Positions 1 through 11,852 of a DNA stretch of 64,000 nucleotides are shown in pieces. Source of the stretch: Octopus sinensis (taxonomy: Eukaryota); contig NC_043010.1 in the NCBI RefSeq assembly GCF_006345805.1, positions 47,678,001-47,742,000 on the forward strand, given 5' to 3'. Within the stretch, counting starts at the first letter, position 1; every line of letters begins with the position of its first letter. Below the pieces are notes generated by a model, which had not been told where the DNA came from, searched no databases, and saw nothing but the letters and a program-made list of their open reading frames with translations. A program made the position numbers and the translations under genes.

Positions 1-907
1 ATGGACATTAAACAATGACAACGGTGATGATGATGATATGTATGTATATATACATACATATTTCCTCAAAAATTTTGAAAATTTCCCCCAAAATTTTTGA
101 CAAATTTTTTGAAAATTTCCCTAAAAATTTTATGAAATATATACATACGTATTTATATATATATTATATATTTGTACTATATATGTAATATATATATGTA
201 TTATATATGTCTCAGTGTCTATGTTTCTCCCCAACTACTGCTTCTCAACTGGTGTTGGTGTGTTTATATCCCTGTAACAGTTTGGCAAAAGAGACTGATA
301 GAATAAGTACCAGGCTTAACAAAATAATGATAAGTACTGGAGTTGACTTGTTCGACTAAAATTCTTTGAGGTGGTGCCCCAGTATGGTCACAGTCTAATG
401 ACTGAAATAAGTAAAAGATAAACAATTACATATATGTAATAATGAAATTACATATTATGAAATTTATTACATCTTGTCATGTTTGTGATCTCTCAGTTCA
501 TAGAAGTGTTATCCTGCATGAAATCAGCTCATAGTTTTGGGACTGCTGTTGTAGTGGATCGGTAACTAATTAAAGCCAGAGTACGTTCTGACCGTGATGA
601 CAAACATTAGTCTTTATTAGCAATTCTAAATAGATATATGTATTTGTATGCTGAGTTACCATGAAAGATAATTAGCAATTACGGCTTGCTTCCTAGCTAT
701 ATGGTTTCGGGTTCAGTCCCACTGCGTGGCACTTTGGGTAGGTGTCTTTCACTATAGCCCCGAGCTGACCGGAGCTTTGTGATTCAATTCGGTAGGTGGA
801 AGTTACTGCCGTGTGTGCATGTGTGCGTGTAGGTGCTTGTGCCTCTCCGAAAGAGAGAGAGGGAGTCTAGAACTTGCAGTAACTTTAGTTGTTTTAGTCA
901 TTTGCTA

Positions 908-1299
908 TCTCTCTATATATAAAGCTGAAGTTGTCTGTGTGTGGCAGGTTTGGTAGCCTTCAACTAACACTATCTCCTCCGAGACCCTGTGGCACAAGTT
1001 GACCAAAATTGAGAGTATGATAGAAGAAGGCTTGCTCTTCCTTCCATAGAAGAAAAAATTCAAATCGGACCATGTTAACACCAAAAATTATTTACATCAA
1101 AAAGGTGTTTTTTTTCTATGAAAATCCCTATTTTTTACGATTTGCTGACTGCTGTGTCGCTATTTTTCGGTGTATTTCAACCAGAAAAATGTTCACTTAA
1201 AGAGAATAACAAGCTACATAATGCAAAATTTTTACTTTTCAAAAATTCCAATTCTAAAGGGCCGAAACAAACCTGAGCAACGCCAGGCGATACTGCTAG
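908..1299 (+). mobile_element. Non-autonomous Helitron-type element
   Basis: Starts TC(TC)TATATATAAAG, ends with a GC hairpin (cctgagcaacgccagg) then CTAG, inserted at A|T. The 3' half is repeated at 6438-6596. Confidence 0.75.
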
Positions 1300-1550
1300 T
1301 TTATGTAAAGAGAGAGTGTGGTGTTGCATAAGTAACTCCTTGATGTGTGTAGTTACAGTATCTTGATGCTGTTTAATGAGGTTTGATTTACAGCTTAGTG
1401 GACTGAGCCAGTTAGAGTAAAGTCTCTTGGCCATGGACACAATACAGCCCCTGTACAATGGGATATAAATCATCAAACATGGTAGCCAGCAACCTGTTTT
1501 CCTACAGACAAGGCTCAACAGTAATCTTATTGATAACAGTTATTGATACT

Positions 1551-1937
1551 GGTATGGTTGTGTGGTAAGTAGTTTACTTTGCAAGCATGTGGCTTCAGGC
1601 TCAGTCCCACTATGTGGCACTTTTGACAACTACCTCCTACTATAAACCCAGGCTGACCAAGGCCTTCTGAATGAATTTGGTAGACAGAAACTGTGTGGAA
1701 ACCCATCTTGTGTGTGGCGGGGGCGGGGGAGTGCTTGTGTGTGTTTTGTGTCTGTGTTTGTCCCTCACCACTGCTTGACAACCACTGTTGGTGTATTTAC
1801 ATCCCTGTAACTTAGCAGTTCGGCTAAGATACCAATAGAATAGGCACCAGGCTTAAAAAATAAATATTGGAGTTAATTCATTCAAGTTAAAATTCTTCAG
1901 GGTTATGACTGTCTAATGGCTGAAAGAAGTAAAAGAT
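1551..1937 (+). mobile_element. SINE family A (tRNA head + CORE-like domain + internal microsatellite; OR-type octopus SINE-like)
   Basis: Head tgtgtggtaag..ggttcagtccc, core cttgggcaagtgtcttctactatagcc, tail gactgaaacaagtaaaaga. More than 20 full or half copies in the window. Confidence 0.8.
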
Positions 1938-2059
1938 TAATTCAAAACAATGTGAATAAATAAGCATTATATATGAGAGAGTAATCTGAATGTTGAAGGG
2001 TTAAAAGTCTAAGAGACATTACTTTACTTTGGACTTGGAAGATACAAAGGAAGACTTAC

Positions 2060-2172
2060 TTCTTTATTTTCATTTCAATCTCATCCATTTCAGCATGTGA
2101 TTTCTCCAGCTGCTCTATTTTATGCTGGTGGAAATCGCCCATCTCAGCAAATGTTAAAATACTTTTCATTAT
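2060..2172 (-). CDS. CFAP43: CFAP43 coding exon 22 IMKSILTFAEMGDFHQHKIEQLEKSHAEMDEIEMKIK (gene continues below position 1)
   Basis: Acceptor ttctgcactatgacag, donor GTAAGT. 113 nt, ends in phase 2. No further exon found in 1-2059. Confidence 0.88.
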
Positions 2173-2204
2173 CTGTCATAGTGCAGAAAACAGAAAAAGA
2201 AATG

Positions 2205-2267
<63 letters not shown>

Positions 2268-2301
2268 GACTGAAACCATTTCTCATTGCCACTAATCTTA
2301 C

Positions 2302-2524
2302 CTCTTCTTCTTTTTTAAGCTTATTTCTTCTTAACTCGCATAACTTTACCCAAGTATTTTGGTCTAAGCCTTCTGGCTGTTGGCTGTCATTGTCAAATTC
2401 CTTAAGAGCAGCTGCAATTGAAGCATTCCCTTGTTGAGCAATCACAATTTTCCTTTGGTGATATATGCTTTGCATCACAATGTCCCCAGATGGCATTGTA
2501 TCTGGTGTTTTGAATTTATAAGCC
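2302..2524 (-). CDS. CFAP43: CFAP43 coding exon 21 AYKFKTPDTMPSGD...PEGLDQNTWVKLCELRRNKLKKEEE
   Basis: Overlaps ORF 2176-2496. Matches the PEGLD..W...C..RR.K motif. Acceptor tattttag, donor GTAAGA. 223 nt. Confidence 0.95.
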
Positions 2525-2671
2525 CTAAAATAGTAGAAATGTTAGAAGGGAGGCAAAAGTAATCAATCAGTTGAGTAGCCACAACAAAACCAAAAACTGA
2601 CCAATGTATGTAAAAAAAAAAAAGGAAGAAATTTAAAGAGAATCTTTTACCATTATATGAAGAAATTTCTA

Positions 2672-3238
2672 TTGGGTTGTCCGGGAAGTTTGTGCTGATT
2701 TTTAAAGGAAAGAAAAAGGTCAATAAATACTTGCCATTACATTTTTAATCAACCAAATATGAACCATTTTGTTGCACAATGCATCTCCATCTTTCCTTTA
2801 ACTTGAAAATACCTTCTTCCCAGAATTCAGGTGGTTTCATGGCAAAGAATTCATCAAGGTATCTTTTCACATCATCCAAGGAATTGAAATTTTTACCATT
2901 AAGACTATTCTGCAGAGACCTGAATAAGTGGAAATCCAAAGGAGCAATATCTAGTGAATATGGAAGGTGGGTTAACATATCCCAGCCAAGCTGCAGCAAT
3001 TTTTGTCTGATTCCCAAAGCATCAAGTGCCGAAAAATGAACTTTCTTATCTTCCATTTTAAAGAGTTACAGAATTAACACAGACTATAGGAACATAAACC
3101 TTCTTCCACGAAAAGATAGCTTAAACTGTGCTCTAAATGGAGGTGTAGTCAAATCCTATTTTGTGGACTCAACCATGTTCTAAAATAAGTCGAAAGGTAA
3201 GCTACTATAAATCAGCTTGAACTTTCCGGACAACCCAA
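2672..3238 (-). mobile_element. Internally deleted mariner (DD34D-type) element
   Basis: About 30-bp TIRs TTGGGTTGTCCGG(G/A)AAGTT..GCTGATTT at both ends with TA TSDs. Residual ORF 2745-3056 has LLQLGW..HLPYSLDIAPLDFHLFRSLQN. Confidence 0.93.
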
Positions 3239-4624
3239 TATAATGTAAAGCACAAAAGATTTTTAAAAAACATCTAACAAATGTTTTATCTTATATTACA
3301 ATTGATTTCCAAGTTTCCAACAGACAAATCACCGATCCACTACATTTCTAGTAACAATAGTGATATAGGAGCATTAATTATCTATATGGACACTATACTT
3401 CATTATGCAACCATAATATACTACAAAATATGTTAAACATTTTATAAGTCAGTACTGTGTTCTACTGTGTTAGCAGTGCTATTACATCACTTGTTGCTGT
3501 TGTCTCTACAGAATTTTCTATAGAAATTATACACAGCACTGATTTTGTTACATCATAACAAAATCAGTGCTTAACAAGTGATATAGGAGCGTCTGAAACT
3601 CAATGCCAAACAAATAGTTCAAGGATCTTCACTAAAAATAAATCAGTTTTTCTGCTCAACCAAAGGGACAAGGATGCCTCTATCACAGCATGTAATGCTA
3701 TAACAGAAAGTGTCAACTCTACCAGTAGGTTATGTAGTTGTCCAGAACTATGTAGAAAGAGAAACAGGCAGAAAGAGAAAGGCCCTATAGCCTGATATGA
3801 TTGACTAGCATGAAGCTGCTTGCTTTATACCTCCTCATTTACACCACCTTTGTTGGTTGCCAGAATATTTGACTGTACTTCAAAGAGAAAAGAGCTCTCC
3901 ATAGCAAGAAAATGCAGACTTCAGCAAATCTATAACTTCTTGAGGAACTGGCACAACTCACTTTATTTAATTCCCCCCACATCAAATGTAGAACCAATCA
4001 CAACCTGGATTCATCCGGCTGACATCAAAAGTAGATCATCCTGTGAAATTTGTTCCTGGTTTACTTTATCCTATTGTATCCATGTACTCTGAATCCTTGA
4101 TTTAACTTTGAAGTTCTGTTCTCCTCCTCGTTCTATCAGACAGCTTCTATCAACTCATATCTGCTCTGCCAAACTCCAACCACTGGTCCACAAACATGTT
4201 GTCTTCTCCTAGCTTTTCTGTAGCTATTACAATGCCTTCTGCTCCCCGGACATCCTGTATCTTATTCCACTTCTAGTGAATTCCCCTTGACTTACTTAAC
4301 TCTCTCCCTTGCATCATCGATATTTTGTTTACTCTCCTACTAGATCCTGCACTAGTAATTTTTCTACAATCCTTCCTCACCAGAATGCCCTCTTTCTGTA
4401 CATGCTACCATGCTTATCATTTTTCCTGCAGTCATCTATGTTAAACTGTTCAAGAAGAATGTCTGTCGATCATGTCAATCTCATGGCACTTGGAGGTCAG
4501 CCCTGCAATGACTCTGAGCACAACCACATCCTTCAGAGCAAAACATTAGAAAAAAATGGTGCTCCTGGGATTGTAAAGTTGGATGTAATTGGACATGAGG
4601 AATAAATAAAATAACAAGGGATTA

Positions 4625-4807
4625 CTAAGAAGTTCCTGGCTTTGGGTAAAAGAAAATACAGGAGAATCAATTAATTATGATTTTATTCAACATATTCCCC
4701 TCTCAGATTCATACGCTTATTGCAGAAGACCTTCAGTTTTTCTAAGCCCTGTAAAAGGGGCTTCTAACCAGGCCTTTTGTGATAGCCTTAAAGCCAGGAA
4801 CTTTTCA
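4625..4807. mobile_element. Mariner-type MITE (about 200 bp), copy 1 of 3
   Basis: TIR aagttcctggcttt / aaagccaggaacttt. Other copies at about 16176-16392 and 35787-35994. Confidence 0.75.
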
Positions 4808-4963
4808 TGAAGAATTGGATTCTTCATGCCAACAATGCATCCTGTCACAGAGATCTTCTCACCCATGAGTTTCTCACCAAGAACAACATATTGCTTTTAT
4901 CAATTCAGTAATGAAAAATTAAATTATACCATTTAGAAAAATTACATATAATAGAAAGATTAA

Positions 4964-5086
4964 ATATTTGTCCTCATCTTGTTTGGTGTTATTAACACAG
5001 TGTTTTGGCTGATATACCCTCCAGCCTTCTTCAGGTGTCTTGGGGAAATTTCAAACCTGGGTTCTCATTCCTAAGGTATTTTTCGA

Positions 5087-5129
<43 letters not shown>

Positions 5130-5323
5130 GTTATTATTATTATTATTGTTCAGGTCACTGCTTGGAATCGATCTCGGAATCTTGGGGTTAGTAGCCTGCA
5201 CTCTTAACCATTATGCCAACAGGCATATGGCATAGTGGTTAAGAGCACAGGCTACTAACCCAAAGATTCCGAGTTCGATTCCAAGCAGTGACCTGAACAA
5301 GAATAATAATAATAATAATAATA

Positions 5324-5364
<41 letters not shown>

Positions 5365-5549
5365 TAATAATAACAACAACAACAACAATAATAATAACAT
5401 CAAAAAATACCTTAGGAATGAGAACCCAGGTTCAAAATTTTCCCAAGACTCCCAAAGAAGGCTGGAGGGTATATCAGCCGAAACATTATGTTACCAACAA
5501 ACAAGATGAGGACAAATATCCGTTGAATGTAGATAATGTAAATAATGTA
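4964..5549. mobile_element. Head-to-head pair of a tRNA-headed short element with (AAT)n middle and PLE-type, hammerhead-like tail
   Basis: 4964-5217 is the reverse complement of 5228-5519. A box TGGCATAGTGG, B box GAGTTCGATTCC, tail GAAGGCTG..CAGCCGAAAC. Confidence 0.8.
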
Positions 5550-5555
5550 TCTTAC

Positions 5556-5731
5556 CTTGGACGTTTCCGGAATAGCTTGTAGAGAGTCTCTAGAAAAACC
5601 ACAGCAACACCAAGGAATTCATTTCTGAAACCCTTATCCAACTGTCTGTCTTCTAACAAAAGTTGTTCATATTTCACTCGATAATCTGCCATTCTTTTCT
5701 CGGAGTCTTGTACATGTTGAACAATGTTATC
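5556..5731 (-). CDS. CFAP43: CFAP43 coding exon 20 DNIVQHVQDSEKRMADYRVKYEQLLLEDRQLDKGFRNEF...LYKLFRKRPR
   Basis: Overlaps ORF 5552-5983. Diagnostic LYKLF++RPR motif. 176 nt, ends in phase 2. Confidence 0.96.
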
Positions 5732-5876
5732 CTGGAAAAAAAATAACATGGAAATAAATATTGAGAAATATATGGTTAGTTTCAAACAAAGCATTGATGT
5801 GAACGAAGACAAGGAAATTGTGGGTGTTTTGTATACAATAAGCTCATTATTATTGTTGCTGTTATTATCATCATCA

Positions 5877-6422
5877 TTGAGTGAGAGAGCAGTGCATGCC
5901 ATCAAAGTGACACTGGGGTAAAATATACGAAGCCCAGTATACCCATCATGACTACCCATCTGATAAGCGTACACTAGGCACATGCATCACAACCATATGT
6001 GCGCGACATGGTGATCTCATATCAAGATAAACAGCGCATGACCTTGCAGGTGGGGCCCAGTTAGAATTTTCTTCTGGTCAAGTAGCCCATCCCACTCAAA
6101 AGGTCCCTGAATAAGGATTGTTTAAGGATGTTGAACAAACCACCCACGTTTCCAAAGGTGAATTATCCAAACCTCCAAGAATTCCTTTCAACACATGGCT
6201 ATGATGCTCCCCCACTACTTCTGCTCATGATCAGCGATGCACATACCGTCAGCCACTAAGGGACATGATCAACTGGTAAAGGTCAAACAACTGACAAGCA
6301 AATTTATGGTATTGAACAGAATATTTGCTGTAGCCCATCTTTTATACCAAGACAAAACACTGTACATGATAACACTTCCAATCAGTTAAGATCAGAAGCC
6401 ATGAGAGCCACTGTCTGGCACC
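5877..6422 (+). repeat. Unclassified interspersed element of about 550 bp (family E), copy 1
   Basis: Reverse complement of 17192-17749; both copies sit next to AAT/TTA tracts. Confidence 0.85.
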
Positions 6423-6437
6423 TATTTATTATGATTC

Positions 6438-6596
6438 TTTGACTGCTGTGTCACCATTTTTTTGTGTATTTCAACCAGAAAGAGAATAACAAGAGAATAA
6501 CAAGCTACATAATGCAAAATTTTTACTTTTCAAAAATTCCAATTCTAAAGGGTCGAAAAGAAAACAAGCCCGAGTAACGCTGGGCTATACTGCTAG
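6438..6596 (+). mobile_element. 3' fragment of the same Helitron-type element
   Basis: Near-identical to about 1145-1299, with hairpin gcccgagtaacgctgggc and CTAG|T. Confidence 0.7.
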
Positions 6597-6987
6597 TATA
6601 TATATATATTGCCGATGAGACGGGCCAGTGATAAATTGACTTGATTAAATTTAATTTAATTTAATTAAGCCGGTTTGCCAAAAAGTACGTCGAAACTATG
6701 CATAGTCCAAAGATGATTAGGGTAAATGTTTTTAATTTTCCTTTGATTTCTGAATTACTACTATTTAGCGGTTTGAGTTTAGCTGCTCGTTTTAGTGAGT
6801 TGAATGGCCTATTAAGGCCATTCCTTAATATTATTGTTATATATATATATACTATACATGTTTGTCCATGTGTATACATTCATATATATATATATATATG
6901 AATGTATACACATGGACAAACACATGCAATCATGTGCATTCCTACATGCACAGAAGTGCTATAAAAAGCACATGTATTATACATTAC

Positions 6988-7095
6988 CACATGAGTTCTC
7001 ATGCTGTTCCTTTCCCAAATCAGATGCTTTTCATAAACAGCAAATTCATCTTCCAACATCAGATTCATTTTGATACGGTTTAGCTTCAGTTCCTC
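6988..7095 (-). CDS. CFAP43: CFAP43 coding exon 19 EELKLNRIKMNLMLEDEFAVYEKHLIWERNSMRTHV
   Basis: Overlaps ORF 6880-7110. Acceptor atttcaacag, donor GTAATG. 108 nt. Confidence 0.9.
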
Positions 7096-7629
7096 CTGTT
7101 GAAATGGCAAGAGAAGATTTATTGTGGAATTAATTTTCCATCAGACTAGAGATTATAGGATGAAAATCAGCAAAGAACACTGAAAGGATAGCTTTTTATC
7201 TTCTATCTTTTACTTGTTTCAGTCATTAGACTGTGGCCATGGCATTTTTCTACCAGCTGCCAGCCTGACAGGCCCTTCCAAGAACAGTCCTTTTCCTCTA
7301 AGCCATAAAAAGTTATCCGTTCATCCATCCCATCTTATCCATTCATTCAACTATTCCATCCGTCTAGTCATCTATCCATCCTCTGTCTATCTATATGTCT
7401 GCCAATCCATCCATCCATACACCCCTATATACACATTAACATACATGCATGCATGCATACATACATACATACATACATACATACATACATACATACATAC
7501 ATACATAACTGCATACATACATGCATGCATTCATACATAATTACATACATAAATACATACAGACAAACAGACAGACAGAAAGGTAGGCAGGCATGCATGT
7601 AGGCATGCAGACAAGCACACAGGCAGGCA

Positions 7630-8045
7630 GATGTGTGTGTGTGTAAGAAGCTTGCTTCCTAACCACATGGTTCCGGGTTCAGTCCCACAGTATGTCACCT
7701 TGGGCTAGTGTCTTCTATTATATCCTCAGGCCAACCAAAGCCTTGTGAGTGGATTTGGTAGACGGAAGCTGAAAAGAAGCCCCTTGTATGTGTGTGTGTG
7801 TATGTGTGTGTATGTGTGTGTTTGTTGTGTATGCGTTTGTCCTCCAATATTGCTTGATAACTGGTGCTGGTTTGTTTACATCCCTGTAACTTGGCAGTTT
7901 GGCAAAAGAGATTGGTAGAATAAGTACCTTGCTTATAAAAAAATAACTACCGGAATGGATTCATTTGACTAAAAAAATTGTCAAAGGTAGTGTCCCATCA
8001 TGGCCACAGTCTAATGACTGAAACAAGTAAATAAGTAAACAAGTA
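7630..8045 (+). mobile_element. SINE family A copy
   Basis: Same head/core/tail modules as 1551-1937. Confidence 0.8.
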
Positions 8046-8097
8046 AAACACACCACACCAATTTCCCGTCCCAGAATAAGCAAAGTGTTTAGCTCAC

Positions 8098-8217
8098 CTG
8101 ATAGACTGCAATCAACACCTGGGTGTGTTTCTGAAATAATGCATTCACCAATTCATCGAAAGCTACCATTATTTCTTGAATGATCCCTCGTAATTTCTTC
8201 AGTTCACTCTCAAGACC
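8098..8217 (-). CDS. CFAP43: CFAP43 coding exon 18 GLESELKKLRGIIQEIMVAFDELVNALFQKHTQVLIAVYQ
   Basis: Acceptor ttttttacccag, donor GTGAGC. 120 nt. Matches LE.ELKKL...IQE....FDE. Confidence 0.94.
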
Positions 8218-8459
8218 CTGGGTAAAAAACGTAAGAAAGTGTAAAGGTAAATGTCACCTAATTATGGCAATAAGTTCAGAGGAGACCTAGCTCAGCCATC
8301 TATCATTGGCTCACAAGAAAAGAGATCTGATTCAGTTTGTCTCGCAATTTCATCATTTTCCCTATATAAACAATGTTGATTTAATCAAAATCTGTTAAAC
8401 CAGATTCTCCTAAACTGCACAATGTGGTTCTTTCTGCATCTTTCAGCAATATTCAAGGT

Positions 8460-9260
8460 CTCTGTACAAATTTTTCCATTCATCCAATCTTTTCTTCATT
8501 CAAACATTCCACATGTTCTTGCTCTCTATGAGGCAAATCTGGATGATTCTGTATGTAACCCTGATCTTAAGGTTGATGGTCATTTACCTCTATTATGTTT
8601 TGAATCTGATACTCATCTCCATGGGTTGACTGTTTATACACAAACAGATCTTCCAATAATCAGAGTGCCTCATCTTGAATCTGTAGATGAATTTTATATG
8701 TACTTTCATGTCTCTCAGTGGAGGCGTGTAGCTTAGTGATCAGGGTGTCAGCATCATGATTGTAAGGTTGTGATTTCGATTTCTGGACCAAGTGATGCAT
8801 TGTGTTCTTGAGCAAAACACTTCATTTCACTTTGCTCCAGCCTGCTCAGCTGGCAAAAATGAGTAACACTGTGATGGACTGGCATCCAACCCAGCTGGGG
8901 AACACATACGCCATTGAAACTGGGAAACTGGGCCCATGAGCCTGGCTAGGCTTTAAAAGGGCACATTTATTTAATTTTTTTTCATGTCTCTCACCTTCAA
9001 GTAACTTGCTACCTGTTTTTTCTTATAAAGGTTGCCTGCCTCTGACTCTTGTTTGCTTATTGAAGCTGTATTTGATGGTACAGATAGGGCCTTTGAGACC
9101 CACAGTTCAGCCAATGTGTGTATGTTAGGTGATTTCCGTGCTCACCGTAGAAGCTGGTTACCTCATTCCCATTGAACTGACTAGCCAGAAGTTTTCTGTT
9201 CTCTCTGACTCATGACATACCCTCTAGCTATGTCACTGCAAAATGAAGAAAGACAAGTGA
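8460..9260 (+). mobile_element. Decayed APE-endonuclease region of a CR1/L2-group LINE
   Basis: FLHSNIPHVLALYEANLD...HLHGLTVY...FFLYR...MLGDFRAH motifs; split by a SINE. Confidence 0.75.
8718..8980 (+). mobile_element. tRNA-derived SINE with a 14-bp TSD
   Basis: Head ggaggcgtgtagcttagtg..ttcgattt; tttcatgtctctca duplicated on both sides. Confidence 0.8.
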
Positions 9261-9658
9261 ATAGGGGATGCCTGGGTGGGGGTGATAAGAGACCAGCCAA
9301 CTCTGAGAAGTAGACAGCTCTATAATAGCAGTATAAAAGGCAGGGAGAGGTGAAACAGCATGTCTGTGGTTCAAGGAACTTGAAATGTGTTGGTGAGTGA
9401 CATATTTTTAATCGATTGGGTGACTTTATATATATATATATATATATCATGTGATCACGTGACCAACCAGGCCTCTACATATATATATATATATAGACAA
9501 AGAAGCTCTCTTTGCAACCATGCGGTTTCAGGTTCAGTCCCACTACCTGGCAGCTTGGGTCAACTAATGCCTTGCAAGTGAATTTGGTAGAAGGAAACTG
9601 TGTGGAAGCCTGTCATATATGTTTGAGTGTGTATGTGTGCATATATATATATATATAT

Positions 9659-9729
9659 ACAGTAATCCCTCAACTAGCGCAGGAGTTACGTTCCAAAACA
9701 CCCAGCAATATGTGAAAATCCATGAAGTA
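9659..9729 (+). mobile_element. pogo/Tigger-like terminus, interrupted by the mariner at TA
   Basis: TA|CAGTAATCCCTC... terminus directly upstream of the mariner TIR. Confidence 0.5.
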
Positions 9730-10410
9730 TTGGGTTGTCCGGAAAGTTTGTGCTGATTTTTAAAGGAAAGAAAAAGGTCAATAAATACTTGCCATTACAT
9801 TTTTAATCAACCAAATATGAACCATTTTGTTGCACAATGCATCTCCATCTTTCCTTTAACTTGAAAATACCCTCTTCCCAGAATTGAGGTGGTTTCAAGG
9901 CAAAGAATTCATCAAGGTATCTTTTTATGTCATCCAAGGAATTGAAATTTTTACCATTTAGACTATTCTGCAGAGACCTGAATAAGTGGAAATCCGAAGG
10001 AGCAATACCTGGTGAATATGGAGGGTGGGGTAACAAATCCCAGCCAAGCTGCAGTAATTTTTGCAGTAATTTCTCAAAGAAACATGCAGTCTTGCATTAT
10101 CATGTTAAAAAACAACACCCTTCCTGTTGGCCAATTCTAGATGTTTCTCTTGAATTGCTGCTTTTAACTCATCCAGTTGTGTGCAGTATTTCTCAGAATT
10201 AATTGTCTGGTTACTTGAGAAAAGCTCATAGTAAAGAATCCCTTTCCAATCCCACCAGACACAAAGCAAGACTTTTGTAGGATGAAGACCCGCTTTTGGG
10301 GTGGGGTGGCTAAGGGTGGCTCATGTCACTTACTCCAGGATCGCTTTCTCTGAACATTTCGTTAGATAATCCATTTCTCATCATCTGTTACAATTTGCTT
10401 TAAAAATTTT
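9730..10410 (-). mobile_element. Truncated mariner of the same family with decayed catalytic domain
   Basis: Same TIR at 9730 after TA. Reverse frames give IVTDDEKW, VWWDWKG, HDNARLH and HPPYSPGIAPSDFHLF with stops and frameshifts. Confidence 0.92.
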
Positions 10411-10680
10411 TTGTATCTTTGCTGTAAGGCTTCATCTCCACACATGCCAGCTTAATTCAATCCGTCCTTAGTCGAAAGACACCTGTTGTTATCTCCTGTT
10501 ATTTTTATTGTATTTTTTTATTGTATTTATATTTGTGTAACATTGTCCGTTTTTTCCATCCTTGTTTTTGTATACATTCGCTGCTTTCTTCTAAAGAATC
10601 TAATGCTCTTAGCTTAGTTTTTCCTTGGAGCAATCTCTAGAATAATCAGTTGAAATTGCGAGGATTATCTGGTGCTTGAC

Positions 10681-10963
10681 TATGTATATATATGTATGTA
10701 TGTATGTATATATACATATGTGTGTGTGTATATATACATATGTGTGTGTGTATATATGTGTGTGCATGTATATATATATATATATACATATGTGTGTGTA
10801 TATATATATATGTATGTATATGTATGTTTGTATATATATATATGTATGTATATATATACGTATGTGTGTGTGTATATATATGTGTGTGTGTGTATATACA
10901 TTTATATATATATGTATATATATATAAATATATACGTATTATGCATATATATACACACACACA

Positions 10964-11009
<46 letters not shown>

Positions 11010-11040
11010 CATATGTGTGTGCGTGTGTGTGTGTGTGTGT
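10681..11040. repeat. Compound (TA)/(TG)/(CA) microsatellite (similar tracts at 43515-43670, 47768-48125, 50840-51085, 53210-53517)
   Basis: Direct reading. Confidence 0.95.
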
Positions 11041-11479
11041 CTTTGTTTTTGTGTTTGTTCTCCACCACTGCTTGACAACTGGTGCTTGTGTGTTTGCATC
11101 CCTGTAATTTAGCAGTTCAGCAAAAGAAACCAATAGAATAAGTACCAACGTTTAAAATTAAAATAAGTACTGGGGGTCAATCATTCAGCTAAAAGTTCTT
11201 GAAAGTGCTGCCCCAGTATGGCCACAGCTCAATGACTGAAACAAGGAAAAAAAATAAAAGATAGTCATGAATATCTGTATGTGTAGTCAGGGCCAGCACT
11301 TGGAATGCAGGGCCAAAATTGTCAGTGGGGCCCTCTACAAAAGCTGAAGATTGACATTTTGTGCTTCATGCAGTACACCAGTTTCAGCCAAAAAGTGTTC
11401 CACCATTAGCCACAATGATATACTAAACATTCATCATAGCATCCTATGCTCAAGTGTGTGTATAGGGTCCTCTCTTGTT

Positions 11480-11720
11480 GTGGTACCCAGTTTGAACAAA
11501 TCTGTCTTATTGGCTTAAAACCAGCCCTGTGTATAGTAGCAGCATTGTCAAAGATATAGGAGCAATACTCTGTTGTGGGTCTCAGCTGACCTTTGTAGAA
11601 GTTTAGTAGTTGTGGCACGGAGGGGCTAAAGTATTTTCTGGCTGCAAAGGGAAGATCAGTTTCGGCTAAGTTGAAGGATGCACACACACCAGGCTAGATC
11701 CCCAATAATGGTGAGGTCTA
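11480..11720 (-). mobile_element. CR1/L2-group RT C-terminal fragment
   Basis: ARKYFSPS..QLLNFYKGQLRPTTEYCSYIF in ORF 11406-11687. Confidence 0.6.
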
Positions 11721-11852
11721 GCATTTCAAGTTATCAAGAGGGTTCTAGTTGCAAGCTGTTTACGATCATGTAGCAAAGTTTTTGATAATGCTCTTTTAAT
11801 ATGTGCAGTAATAGCTAACTAGAAAAAGTTAAAGAACTAAGAATAGACCTAC

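Noticed and set aside
1177-1518. 113-aa minus-strand ORF as the next CFAP43 exon
   Set aside because: No similarity to the expected downstream CFAP43 sequence (QGQVE region), and its 3' part runs into a Helitron-type element.
3730-4100. Possible CR1/L2-group LINE 3' remnant
   Set aside because: Only faint motif similarity; too decayed to support as a feature by eye.
10646-11148. Many ORF-track hits rich in Y/I/C/V/H/T (also 33769-34227, 47685-48379, 50807-51195, 53083-54863)
   Set aside because: These are translations of di- and tetranucleotide microsatellites and SINE bodies.
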